A DNA stretch of 64,000 bases from the IMG/VR virus record IMGVR_UViG_3300048591_000348, positions 1 to 64,000 of that record. One strand, given 5' to 3'. The stretch is from a virus. The position numbers and the translations under genes were made by a program. This document shows positions 29,875 through 38,332 of the stretch, piece by piece (the stretch's first letter is position 1; each line of letters begins with the position of its first letter). The notes beneath the pieces are model-generated. The model was not told the DNA's origin, did no database searches, and worked only from the letters and a program-made list of their open reading frames with translations.

Positions 29875-29908
29875 GGCCGCCACGGGAAACCGTGAGCGGC
29901 CTTTTTTT
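29875..29908 (+). terminator. Rho-independent terminator
   Basis: GGCCGC-CACGG-GAAA-CCGTG-A-GCGGCC followed by T7, at a convergent junction. Confidence 0.85.
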
Positions 29909-29929
29909 GTTTCTGCCAGCGCGACATGC

Positions 29930-30481
29930 CTACGCCGCCCTAACAGCCGCTCCCACCGACCCATCGAGGTCGCGGTCGATCGTTGCCAGCGCCCGCCGGA
30001 TCCTCACAATAGACGCCAAACTCGCGTTCGGCTTTGTCGCCACTCTGATCCGCTCGTCGGACCATCCCTTGGCATAGACGTACCGGCCCGTTTTGATTTG
30101 CCCATGACGCATCAGCAGCAGCGTCGCCTTCGCACAGTCGACGTTCGTGAGGCGAGCGGATCTCGATCCCCTGGTAGTCGGCGGTTGCTCCGCAAGATCC
30201 GGGAACAAATCAATCGTCTCGGATGATTGCAGCATGGATTCCGCCTCGGCCTTGTCCGCCCCGATCTTGCGAAGCGCCCGCCGCACGCGACCAACAACCC
30301 CAGCGACGTCATGCTTCGACGCAGAGCGACTGAAATAAACACGCTCGACAGCCTCGCCCAGCGCAAGAACCGCTTCGCCTGCGCGATCCGACGTGCGCCA
30401 TGATAGCGTCACGCCGAGAGGAATGTACCGAGATATCTCACTCGTTATCGCGTCGCGGATCTTGCGTTCGGCAGCGAGCAT
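29930..30481 (-). CDS. Hypothetical protein
   Basis: TAATG-coupled to the MTase beta ORF. Confidence 0.55.
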   Translation of the reverse strand: MLAAERKIRDAITSEISRYIPLGVTLSWRTSDRAGEAVLALGEAVERVYFSRSASKHDVAGVVGRVRRALRKIGADKAEAESMLQSSETIDLFPDLAEQPPTTRGSRSARLTNVDCAKATLLLMRHGQIKTGRYVYAKGWSDERIRVATKPNASLASIVRIRRALATIDRDLDGSVGAAVRAA

Positions 30482-31689
30482 TATAGTAGCTCCATCTGGC
30501 GCATCTCAGGGGTTGCCTCTGGCGCGGGCTCGTAATTCCAGCTCAGCTCGGAGAGCGCGGTACGCTGCCGCTGCAGCCAGCGGGACCACGCCATTGCCGG
30601 TGGCTCGCAGCCGGTCGGCTCGAGCTGCAGCGATCCAGGCGTCGGGATCGTCCAACACCGCGGCCAGCCCATCAGCCACTCGACGAACTCGGGGGAGAGC
30701 CGGAGCGAGGAGGGGCTCGTTATCGATGATTTTGGCCCATCGCTCGCGCTCTCCGGGTCCGGGCGGATAGAGGGGCAGTCGAAAGCCTCCGCCTGGCCCT
30801 CTATCGTCAACCGCTTGGCTTTCGTTCCCGGATCGCGGGTATATCCGCCGCGAACGGTTCGTGGCGCCTTCCAGAGGTGCTCGACGAAGTTCGGCAGTTG
30901 TTGACCGCGCTCCGAACCCGCGTTTCTCCGGTCCTGACTGTCCTGGCTGTTCGGCGCCCGCCAATCCCTCGATGCCGGTGTCGGCCAATCTCTTTTCGCG
31001 GTCGCTTCCAAAGCCCATTCCGCATCCGCAACCTTCGCCGCAATCGTCAACGGCATCCCTGCACCATTGCCGTTGATGCCCATCGCCTTCAGCGCGACCT
31101 GGCGCGCCCTGAAGGTTTCCGGCGACTCGTCGTCGTTCGTCAGTGCCGCCGACGGCGTGGGCCAAGATAAAGATCCGCTCGCGCTCGTGGCTCGCGCCCG
31201 TTTCTGCCGCGCTCTGTAATCGCGCCGCAATCTCGAAACCAAGGCGCGATAGCTCTCTGTGGACGACGTCGAAGCCGAGGCTGAGATGTCCGCCGACGTT
31301 CTCGAGGAATACCCACTGCGGCCGGACCTGGACGATGATCCGCCGGACGTGCGGCCAGAGGTGGCGCTCGTCGCGCGCGCCAAGCCGCTTGCCTGCGGTC
31401 GAGAACGGCTGGCACGGGAAGCCCGCAGTGAGGATATCCACGCATCCACGCCAGCGTCGGCCATCGAAGGTTTTGATGTCGTCCCAGATAGGAGCTTGAC
31501 CCAGGGCCTGATCCGCCATCCTGGCCACGAGAGTGGCCGCAGCGAAGGCTTCCCGCTCGACGTAACACACAGTGCGATAGCGAGGCTCGGCGATGTGCAG
31601 CCCGAGGTCGAGACCTCCGACGCCCGAGCATAGGGAGAGCCCAAGGAGGTCTCCGGCTTGAGATGCGGAGGAATGTGGAGCCACGCCAT
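30481..31689 (-). CDS. Putative beta subunit (motif IX/TRD) of a split C5 DNA methyltransferase, in an alternate frame
   Basis: WPTP repeats and RLSPEFVEWLMGWP (motif IX-like). Confidence 0.65.
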   Translation of the reverse strand: MAWLHIPPHLKPETSLGSPYARASEVSTSGCTSPSLAIALCVTSSGKPSLRPLSWPGWRIRPWVKLLSGTTSKPSMADAGVDAWISSLRASRASRSRPQASGLARATSATSGRTSGGSSSRSGRSGYSSRTSADISASASTSSTESYRALVSRLRRDYRARQKRARATSASGSLSWPTPSAALTNDDESPETFRARQVALKAMGINGNGAGMPLTIAAKVADAEWALEATAKRDWPTPASRDWRAPNSQDSQDRRNAGSERGQQLPNFVEHLWKAPRTVRGGYTRDPGTKAKRLTIEGQAEAFDCPSIRPDPESASDGPKSSITSPSSLRLSPEFVEWLMGWPRCWTIPTPGSLQLEPTGCEPPAMAWSRWLQRQRTALSELSWNYEPAPEATPEMRQMELL

Positions 31690-31699
31690 CGACCGTCAC
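30506..31699 (-). CDS. C5-cytosine DNA methyltransferase (alpha subunit)
   Basis: SLCSGVGG (I), GFPCQPFS (IV), ENV (VI), HERERIF (VIII), GNGVVP (X). Confidence 0.92.
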   Translation of the reverse strand: MTVDGVAPHSSASQAGDLLGLSLCSGVGGLDLGLHIAEPRYRTVCYVEREAFAAATLVARMADQALGQAPIWDDIKTFDGRRWRGCVDILTAGFPCQPFSTAGKRLGARDERHLWPHVRRIIVQVRPQWVFLENVGGHLSLGFDVVHRELSRLGFEIAARLQSAAETGASHERERIFILAHAVGGTDERRRVAGNLQGAPGRAEGDGHQRQWCRDAVDDCGEGCGCGMGFGSDREKRLADTGIEGLAGAEQPGQSGPEKRGFGARSTTAELRRAPLEGATNRSRRIYPRSGNESQAVDDRGPGGGFRLPLYPPGPGERERWAKIIDNEPLLAPALPRVRRVADGLAAVLDDPDAWIAAARADRLRATGNGVVPLAAAAAYRALRAELELRARARGNP

Positions 31700-31980
31700 C
31701 CCGCCCCCCCCTGCTCCGAAAGAGCTGCTTCTAATCCGATTAGAACCTCTTCCAGCGCCTGCCGCGAAACGCCCACTTCGCATCCGTCCATATCCAACTG
31801 GCGCTGGTTATGCTTGAGATTGTCGATTGCGCCTTTGTAAATACCATCGATGTAAGCGAGGCGAGCCTCCAGGCGTTCGATGGCCATGCCGCGGCGATCC
31901 ATCTCAGCCACGATCTCGTCGATGCTGGATTGGCGGGAAATGTTGATAATGCTCATGTTATTCGGCTCCTGTTGGTCCAT
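31696..31980 (-). CDS. Hypothetical protein
   Basis: RQLDMDGCEVGVSRQAL; start uncertain. Confidence 0.5.
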   Translation of the reverse strand: MDQQEPNNMSIINISRQSSIDEIVAEMDRRGMAIERLEARLAYIDGIYKGAIDNLKHNQRQLDMDGCEVGVSRQALEEVLIGLEAALSEQGGAG

Positions 31981-32263
31981 CGAATCCGTCCGGCCGCAAG
32001 TCCGAGGGAACGGGTTTTTTTGGTGGATCGGGGATCGGCATCCAGCCGTATGGCTCGTGATTCGGATGCACCGGGCCGTTGGCCCACGTCCACCGCTGCT
32101 GCCCCGTGTCCTCATCGATCAGCATAATCGCTTCGCCAACGACATTTTTAGATGTCGCGAGGAGGACGAATGTGTCTTCCGGAGCGGTATCTATTGATCT
32201 CCAAAATCCAAGCATATCTCCGTTAACCTCCCGTATTTTCCCGGCTTTCCAGATTTGCATCAA
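31958..32263 (-). CDS. DUF551-like protein
   Basis: WRSIDTAP...PYGWMPIP. Confidence 0.65.
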   Translation of the reverse strand: MMQIWKAGKIREVNGDMLGFWRSIDTAPEDTFVLLATSKNVVGEAIMLIDEDTGQQRWTWANGPVHPNHEPYGWMPIPDPPKKPVPSDLRPDGFDGPTGAE

Positions 32264-32639
32264 TCTTGCCGATCCCGCCGACCATCCAGCACGGCGGTCT
32301 CGGAATATCGGATCTTGTCGGTCGCCACAAATGCAAGCAATTCGGGTGGTCGTTGATGTGGTCCCGCGACGGGACGTGCAACTGCATTACGGTCGCGTCA
32401 GGACCGAAGAATAGATTTTTGATTGCCGACATTTCCGGCCAGTTCGGGCACCGGTTCTTCCTGGATACGCTTACGTGCTCCCATCCTGCGCCAACGGACG
32501 CAATTATCCTCAGTTTGCCTCCATCGATCGGCGACGGAATCTCGAACGCTCCGCACGTGTCGTCGCCGACCCACCCGTAGTGGCGAACAATTTCTGGGCC
32601 GCGCATACGATAAGCATCTAGTTTATTAAGATCTCTCAA
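32223..32639 (-). CDS. Conserved phage hypothetical protein
   Basis: GWEHVSVS...PNWPEM...HPNCLHLWRP; TTG start after GGGAG. Confidence 0.7.
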   Translation of the reverse strand: MRDLNKLDAYRMRGPEIVRHYGWVGDDTCGAFEIPSPIDGGKLRIIASVGAGWEHVSVSRKNRCPNWPEMSAIKNLFFGPDATVMQLHVPSRDHINDHPNCLHLWRPTRSDIPRPPCWMVGGIGKIDANLESRENTGG

Positions 32640-32967
32640 TCTCCCCTCCCCTTGCCTTGGCGAGAGCGGTCTCTGCATTTTTCCAGACGTCTCGTAATTC
32701 GTCAGGAACTTCGCCGCCCTTCGCAAGCTGCCAATTCCTATATGCTAGGCATCCGCGAAGCGCTTCTAGAAGCTCAGGCGCGGCAGCCACGAGAGACGCA
32801 TTTGCCTCGCCTTCCGGATACGCTTCGCATTCAATCTCGACGACGACTTGGGCAAGGCCGTAATGCCTGCGAGGGCCATCTGGCGATGAGATGCCGATGT
32901 AACCGGGGGCGGATTCGCAACCCGAATCCAGGCGCCATGGCCCTGGCGTATATGCTGCCTTCTTCAT
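32626..32967 (-). CDS. Conserved phage hypothetical protein
   Basis: TPGPW...ANASLVAAAPELLEAL; its start codon lies inside the IS target TTCAT. Confidence 0.8.
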   Translation of the reverse strand: MKKAAYTPGPWRLDSGCESAPGYIGISSPDGPRRHYGLAQVVVEIECEAYPEGEANASLVAAAPELLEALRGCLAYRNWQLAKGGEVPDELRDVWKNAETALAKARGGEIERS

Positions 32968-33431
32968 CAAGAGTTCTCCTGCCGGATACCCCGGCGTTTA
33001 GGCCGGGGAGGAGGCAGGCCCCCGCCCGTGCCGCTTGCTCTCTGCTGTTCCACGTACTGGCGGATGATCGAGATCGGGGCGCCGCCGCACGATGCCGCGA
33101 AGTAGCTGGCGCTCCAAAGGACGCCCTTGACGTACCTCCCACTAATCTCCGGCCGCATGCGGCGCAGACGATAACTCGACGCACCTTTGAGGCTGTTGAC
33201 CAGTTTGGAGATGGAGACCTTGGGCGGATACTCGACCAGGAGGTGCACGTGGTCGTCCTCGCCGTCGCACTCGATTAACTTGGCCTCAAAGTCCCGGCAG
33301 ACCTTCGCGAAGATTTCCCGAAGGTCTCGGATGGCCAGATCGCTCAGCACGTCGCGGCGGTATTTCGTGACGAAGACCAGATGCACATGAAGCGCAAAAA
33401 CACAATGTCTGCCGGTTCGATATGGTTGCAT
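32967..33431 (-). CDS. tnpA: Y1 HUH transposase
   Basis: HLVFVTKYRR, DHVH (HUH), LVNSLKGASS, LWSASYF, YVEQQ. Confidence 0.95.
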   Translation of the reverse strand: MQPYRTGRHCVFALHVHLVFVTKYRRDVLSDLAIRDLREIFAKVCRDFEAKLIECDGEDDHVHLLVEYPPKVSISKLVNSLKGASSYRLRRMRPEISGRYVKGVLWSASYFAASCGGAPISIIRQYVEQQRASGTGGGLPPPRPKRRGIRQENS

Positions 33432-34552
33432 GATGCCCTCAGACCAGATAGAATTGAGGCCATGATGCTCACCTACAAATACCGGGTCAAGGACGCATCG
33501 ACGAAGCGTTGGCTTCGTCGATATGCGTGGGCATCCAACCAAGTCTGGAACTACTGCAACCAGATCCAGCGCGAGGCTGAAACGAGATGGAAGGCCGGGC
33601 GCGCTTCTCGATGGCCGAGCGCATTCGACCTGATCAAACTTTGCACCGGAAGCGGCGCTGATCTCGGTCTGCATTCCGACACCGTCCAGACCATCTGCCG
33701 GGAGTACGCTGCGAAGCGTGATGCCAACCGAGGGCATCTGCGCTGGCGCGCAAGCGGCGGCCCGAAGCGGTCGCTCGGATGGGTTCCGTTTATCCCGCGC
33801 GCCATAAAAGTCGACGGGGATTGCGTCCGTTATCTTAAGCGCAACTTCCGTTTCTGGAAATCCCGCGAAATCGGCGGCGTGATCAAAGCCGGGGCGTTCG
33901 TCGAGGATGCGCGCGGGCGCTGGTATGTCTGTTTTCAGTGCGACGTCGCGGATGATTTGCCGACCGGCACGGGCGAGATCGGCATTGACCTCGGACTCAA
34001 AACGCTTGCCGTCTGCACCGATGGAACCGACGTCCCCGCGCTTCGCCACTATCGCCGTTATGAGGCCCAACTTGCCGTTGCTCAGCGCGCCAAGAACAAA
34101 CGCCGTGTCCGCTCGATCCACGCCAAGATCGCCAATGCTCGGCGCCATCACCTTCACGAAGCGAGCACGAAGATCGCTCGCGAAAACGCACTCATCGTCG
34201 TCGGCAATGTGAACGCGGCCAAACTCGCAAAGACTCGGATGGCTAAATCCGTGCTCGACGCGAGTTGGTCGATGTTCCGGAACATGCTCGAATACAAGGC
34301 CAGAAGGCACCGAGCACGTTTTATCGAAGCCGACGAACGATGGACGTCCCGAACGTGCTCGAACTGCGGGACCATTCCCGACAGTAGTCCGAAAGGTATG
34401 GGCGCGCTCGGAGTAAGACACTGGGTTTGCTCTGGCTGCGGTTGCTCGCATGATCGCGACGTGAATGCTGCTCGGAACATTCTTAGGGTCGGGGCGGAAC
34501 GTCGCCCTCCAGCCGTGGAAATCCCCGTCCTTTAGGGCGGGGAAGACGTTAA
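32968..34552 (+). mobile_element. Complete IS200/IS605-family element (divergent tnpA/tnpB), inserted 3' of TTCAT
   Basis: Left hairpin CCCCGGCGTTTAGGCCGGGG; right hairpin CCCCGTCCTTTAGGGCGGGG then AAGACGTTAA; no target duplication. Confidence 0.92.
33462..34535 (+). CDS. tnpB: RNA-guided endonuclease TnpB
   Basis: TYKYR, GIDLG (RuvC-I), TSRTCSNC...CSGC Zn finger, DRDVNAARNI (RuvC-III). Confidence 0.95.
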   Translation: MMLTYKYRVKDASTKRWLRRYAWASNQVWNYCNQIQREAETRWKAGRASRWPSAFDLIKLCTGSGADLGLHSDTVQTICREYAAKRDANRGHLRWRASGGPKRSLGWVPFIPRAIKVDGDCVRYLKRNFRFWKSREIGGVIKAGAFVEDARGRWYVCFQCDVADDLPTGTGEIGIDLGLKTLAVCTDGTDVPALRHYRRYEAQLAVAQRAKNKRRVRSIHAKIANARRHHLHEASTKIARENALIVVGNVNAAKLAKTRMAKSVLDASWSMFRNMLEYKARRHRARFIEADERWTSRTCSNCGTIPDSSPKGMGALGVRHWVCSGCGCSHDRDVNAARNILRVGAERRPPAVEIPVL

Positions 34553-34605
34553 TGCTTTGCCCTTGGCGTCATCTTGAGTGATAGATTGCCGTTGTCCGTA
34601 TGCCT

Positions 34606-34803
34606 CTAGCCTGAATGCCTTTTCTCCAGGTTCGCGAGAACGGCCGCGGTTGAGCTTTCCTGCCAAGTTTTGCCGCCGCGTCTGGATGTATGTTCCCGCA
34701 TTCCCTCGGAAAACCCCTCTATATACGCGCGCCGCACAAGATCCCGCAGATGCCGGACCTCGTCGGCTGTTAATTCGCAACAAACATCGTGTTTCTGCCT
34801 CAC
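34606..34803 (-). CDS. Hypothetical protein
   Basis: GTGA-coupled ORF. Confidence 0.5.
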   Translation of the reverse strand: MRQKHDVCCELTADEVRHLRDLVRRAYIEGFSEGMREHTSRRGGKTWQESSTAAVLANLEKRHSG

Positions 34804-35081
34804 GGTATGCTCCGCCTTTGCTTCTCGAGATCTCGCTCCGATCGTTTAATCAGCAGATACCTGATGCGATCCAGTGCGTGCTCAATGCACTTTGACCTGG
34901 CCGCTTCCCGTGTGAACTTGTTGCCGCGAACGACGTTGCCAATGCCTACAACTCCCTCGCTGTTCTTCAGCACGACTACAACAGCGTCTCCGATCACAAT
35001 CTCTGTTGCCTCGGCGATGTGATATTTCGCGAGGAGGCGATCTTCGGATAGGATCGATTCGACCGAATGCGGAGTCAGCAT
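34800..35081 (-). CDS. Hypothetical protein
   Basis: ORF in the operon. Confidence 0.55.
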   Translation of the reverse strand: MLTPHSVESILSEDRLLAKYHIAEATEIVIGDAVVVVLKNSEGVVGIGNVVRGNKFTREAARSKCIEHALDRIRYLLIKRSERDLEKQRRSIP

Positions 35082-35362
35082 GCGCCCCCCCTCCCCTCAC
35101 TGAGCGGCCGCAAGCTCTTTGTCTCATCGTCGAACATGAAATACTCGAATAGAGGCTTAATTCGCCTGGTGACGACAATGCTCCTGCTCCTCGCCGGTAC
35201 GAATGTGAGGTAGTCCTGCTCTTGGAGCGCCGCCAGAATCGTGCTAATTCCGCTTTTGCTGGCCAGACCCAGGAACTTCTGGATCTCACCGTAGGACACT
35301 TGATGGCCTGCGGACTGCCGCTCCTGAACAAAGATCAATACTTTTCGCTGAACCCTCGTCAC
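35075..35362 (-). CDS. LexA DNA-binding-domain-only protein
   Basis: TRVQRKVLIFV...SYGEI...LASKSGISTILAALQEQDYL...PARSRSI matches the alpha LexA wHTH; no peptidase domain. Confidence 0.8.
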   Translation of the reverse strand: MTRVQRKVLIFVQERQSAGHQVSYGEIQKFLGLASKSGISTILAALQEQDYLTFVPARSRSIVVTRRIKPLFEYFMFDDETKSLRPLSEGRGGAC

Positions 35363-35880
35363 CTTCTCAGCCTCCTCTGGGCATGGCGCATAATGCGCTG
35401 GTTTCTCATCTCGCTTGAGAATGCCTCGACCACTTCACCACCAGCGCGAAGATCGCGAATGGCCTCGTTCAGCATCTCCCCCCACACTTCCCGCCACTCG
35501 GGAAGATCGACCCATGTATTGTTCAGTAGGCGCAATTCTGGATCGCTGCCGACGAGCCTGGCGTAAAGGGCACTCTTGAGACGCGACGCATGTGCATCCG
35601 ACATCGTCCAGACGTGCTCCAAGAGCGTCACGAACGGTTGGTCTTTGGATCCCTCCCAATGCTCAGAAACAGTTTTTGATGGAGCGCGCGCAGGGTCCGT
35701 AGCGGTGCGCAAGCGAACCGGCCAATGAAGTGTATTGGCCTTCTGAAACCGCACGGGCTGTGCTGGGCCGATCAAACAAACTGCGACGTACCCCAGGTCC
35801 CTCTCGGCCTCGCGGAACCCTCGGTCGCGCTTTGGCTGCCCATCAAAGTAGGACACGATGCGATCAAGATCGCGGCGCAT
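35359..35880 (-). CDS. Hypothetical protein
   Basis: ORF in the operon. Confidence 0.6.
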   Translation of the reverse strand: MRRDLDRIVSYFDGQPKRDRGFREAERDLGYVAVCLIGPAQPVRFQKANTLHWPVRLRTATDPARAPSKTVSEHWEGSKDQPFVTLLEHVWTMSDAHASRLKSALYARLVGSDPELRLLNNTWVDLPEWREVWGEMLNEAIRDLRAGGEVVEAFSSEMRNQRIMRHAQRRLRR

Positions 35881-35884
35881 GCGC

Positions 35885-37030
35885 TCACACCCCCCTTAGC
35901 TTTGCCAGCTTGTTTCTGTTCCGTACTTCGACGATACGCTCTTCAGCCCGAAGCCGCGGTCGATTGCCGGCAGCAACCAAACTGCAAATCGTCTCTCTGT
36001 AGATCTGTTGTGCCCGCTGCCATGACCGATTGATCTCGTTGCCGATAGCCAGCCACGTGCGAGGCGGCGACAGCATCCTGGCGCGCAGCACAACCATTTC
36101 CCGGTCTCGGGGCGCCACTTCCGAGAACCATCCCATGACCACATCAAAATCCGCCCAGTCATGCGGCGTCGGGACGAGTGGCGGCACCCAGTCATCCCCC
36201 CGTGACTGCTCGCCGTAGACATCAACCCATGTCAGCTTGAGGTCGGCGAGAACCGCCGCATTGCTCCGCTGCCTTCGGATGTCCGTCGGTAGGCTGCGCT
36301 CAAGAATGAGGTGCCGCATGATGCGCGCCTCGCCGTGCTCGCGGGATACGGCACCCATCGGCTCGTAAACAACCCGCGTCACGTCGCGCCACCATTGGAC
36401 GATGGCACCCCGTGCCCCTCCCGTTCCATGCGTGGGCACCCCGTGCCCAACCCCGTGTTTATGCGTGGGCACCCCGTGCCCAACAGTGGGCACCCCGTGC
36501 CCAACGGTGGGCACCCCGTGCCCAACGGTGGGCACCCCGTGCCCAACGGTGGGCACCCCGTGCCCAACGGTGGGCACCCCGTGCCCAACGGTGGGCACCC
36601 CGTGCCCAACGGTGGGCACCCCGTGCCCCGTGTGGGCACTTGGTGTCATGTCATCCCACGCGTCGTCCCATGCCCCGTCATCACGCGAATAGTCGGCACG
36701 GGCTGCCTCACGCCATTCTTCCATCTCGGCGGCCGCGTTGGCCGCATCGAACGACATGCCGCCGATGCTTCCAATTCTCGGCCGGACTTCGACGCGGATG
36801 GGCTCGGGCTCGATGCCATTCTGCCATCGCCACTGCGTCGCATCGCAAGGCTGCCACGCCTCGACCCTGGCGCGCAGCGGCTTCAATTCGCGGCCGCGGA
36901 TCTCATGCCAATGCCGGCGCCCCTTCTTGTCGACGTCGCCGACGGCATCGACGACGTATCCCGGCCAGCGCACGCGAACGCGCACACGGCCGGCAGGAAG
37001 ATCCTCGATCCTGTACCAATGATGGTTCAC
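35885..37030 (-). CDS. Putative transcriptional regulator with C-terminal sigma4-like HTH and internal (GHGVPTV)n repeat
   Basis: VVLRAR...TWLAIGNEINRSWQRAQQIY; GTG start after GAGG. Confidence 0.6.
   Translation of the reverse strand: MNHHWYRIEDLPAGRVRVRVRWPGYVVDAVGDVDKKGRRHWHEIRGRELKPLRARVEAWQPCDATQWRWQNGIEPEPIRVEVRPRIGSIGGMSFDAANAAAEMEEWREAARADYSRDDGAWDDAWDDMTPSAHTGHGVPTVGHGVPTVGHGVPTVGHGVPTVGHGVPTVGHGVPTVGHGVPTVGHGVPTHKHGVGHGVPTHGTGGARGAIVQWWRDVTRVVYEPMGAVSREHGEARIMRHLILERSLPTDIRRQRSNAAVLADLKLTWVDVYGEQSRGDDWVPPLVPTPHDWADFDVVMGWFSEVAPRDREMVVLRARMLSPPRTWLAIGNEINRSWQRAQQIYRETICSLVAAGNRPRLRAEERIVEVRNRNKLAKLRGV
36432..36627. repeat. 21-bp palindromic tandem repeat (8 tandem cores plus one offset copy)
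   Basis: GTGGGCACCCCGTGCCCAACG with period 21 from 36465 to 36627; extra copy at 36432. Confidence 0.97.
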
Positions 37031-37038
37031 AGCGAGCC

Positions 37039-37320
37039 TCAACTGCTTGCGCAGATTAGAGGACGCTTTCCGGCAGGACGACGAGGCATGCCTTTCCTGC
37101 GCCAGACCGCCCGTACTGCCGCGGCAGAGATCCCGAGTTCGGTCGCGATAACCGCCGACGACTTCTCCGGCGTCGTGGCCGCGATGATGCGAGCATACCC
37201 GACCACTTCTCGCGATATTTTCTTCGGTGCTGGGGCTCCGCCACGACCAAGCGCCGCATCCTGCTTCTTGCGCGCCCGCCATGATTTCTTGCTGCGGTCG
37301 GAACGCTTCCTCGGCGACAT
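37039..37320 (-). CDS. Basic HTH protein
   Basis: SSAVIATELGISAAAVRAVW. Confidence 0.6.
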   Translation of the reverse strand: MSPRKRSDRSKKSWRARKKQDAALGRGGAPAPKKISREVVGYARIIAATTPEKSSAVIATELGISAAAVRAVWRRKGMPRRPAGKRPLICASS

Positions 37321-37422
37321 GCGGAAGCGTCTTTTTGCAGGTGTGGCATGCTCCTCGACATGAAGGTCGGGGCTTCCAAGTGGTTTAGGCATATGTTCCT
37401 GATCCCATCGAGATGTCGGCCC

Positions 37423-37517
37423 CTGTTTCACGGATGGCAGGGACCGCACGACTTGCCTGGCCCATGTTTCACGCCCGTGTTTCATGCTCTGTTTCACGGA
37501 TGGCAGGGACCGCACGA
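37423..37517. repeat. 29-bp direct repeat (x2) with four TGTTTCAYG boxes
   Basis: CTGTTTCACGGATGGCAGGGACCGCACGA at 37423 and 37489. Confidence 0.9.
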
Positions 37518-37533
37518 TACGACTCTCTCATGT

Positions 37534-37552
37534 TGTTTCGATTTTGGCAACA
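37534..37552. promoter_or_regulatory. Operator family A copy
   Basis: TGTTTC GATTTTG GCAACA. Confidence 0.65.
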
Positions 37553-37772
37553 TCAATAGGTGCCAGGCAAAATATGTTTCGGTTTTCTGGCGGCGGACGT
37601 GCGAAAGCGCACCGGGAGACGCCCCCGGTGTTCCTGGATCTCTCTGCATTTTTGCGAGACCGTCTCTCCGGCTGTCACGCCTGCGCCCTAGAGTGGAAGG
37701 CGGCGTTCCCTTGGCGGATCTTGCTGAACGTCGTTTCCGCCCGATCTCCTAAGTCCCCAACAAGGGGAGACG

Positions 37773-38060
37773 CTAGGCGAGCGCTCCCTCTCCCTCGGCC
37801 CAGACTTTGCCGAGCGGCGTGTCGTCGCCCATGCGGAGCGCGTGGAGATAGGTGGCGAGAACCGCCTCCTCTTCATCGCGCTCGGTCTTTGACTTGCGAC
37901 GCAATCCGAGAACCTTTCGGATGATCTTGGGATCGAACCCTTCCGCCTTCGCCTCAAGCAGCTTGTCCCGAAAATCGGCGCTGAGGGCTTGTCGCTCCTC
38001 TTCGATCCGCTCCAGCTGCTCGATGAATTGGCGAAGTTGTGCTTGGGTTGAGGCTTGCAT
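37773..38060 (-). CDS. gapR: GapR-like nucleoid protein (DUF2312)
   Basis: QLRQFIEQLERIEEER...EAKAEGFDPKIIRKVL.LR...EEEAVLATYLHAL. Confidence 0.92.
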   Translation of the reverse strand: MQASTQAQLRQFIEQLERIEEERQALSADFRDKLLEAKAEGFDPKIIRKVLGLRRKSKTERDEEEAVLATYLHALRMGDDTPLGKVWAEGEGALA

Positions 38061-38128
38061 TGATATCCCCCGGCCTATCGGCCGCTACCGTCTCGTTAGT
38101 TTGCTTGGTGCTCCGCGGAATGCCGACG

Positions 38129-38329
38129 CTACGCCGTGTCTCGCGGTTTGGCATCCTGCGGCAGCCAGTAAGCCATGGGGCGCCCGTCCCCCGTGTCGAT
38201 GTAGCCATCCGGCGCCCTTGGCTCATTGTCATTGGCGCCCCCGGCCGCACGCTCCTTTGCTCGCTTCTCTGCGGCTTCCCGCTTCAAGCGAGCATCCCAT
38301 CGCGCGATGATTTCGGCAGGGGTTGCCAC
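38129..38329 (-). CDS. Hypothetical protein
   Basis: ANDN motif. Confidence 0.4.
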   Translation of the reverse strand: MATPAEIIARWDARLKREAAEKRAKERAAGGANDNEPRAPDGYIDTGDGRPMAYWLPQDAKPRDTA

Positions 38330-38332
38330 GGA

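Noticed and set aside
32967-34451. 494-aa ORF read as an extended TnpA
   Set aside because: The N-terminal part is antisense to tnpB; Y1 transposase motifs start only at 33431
34532-34783. ORF that would fuse in frame to 32626-32967 after IS excision
   Set aside because: It overlaps the better-coupled 34606-34803 ORF and looks non-protein-like; probably coincidence
36432-36627. CRISPR array
   Set aside because: Repeats are contiguous with no unique spacers, and no cas genes are present
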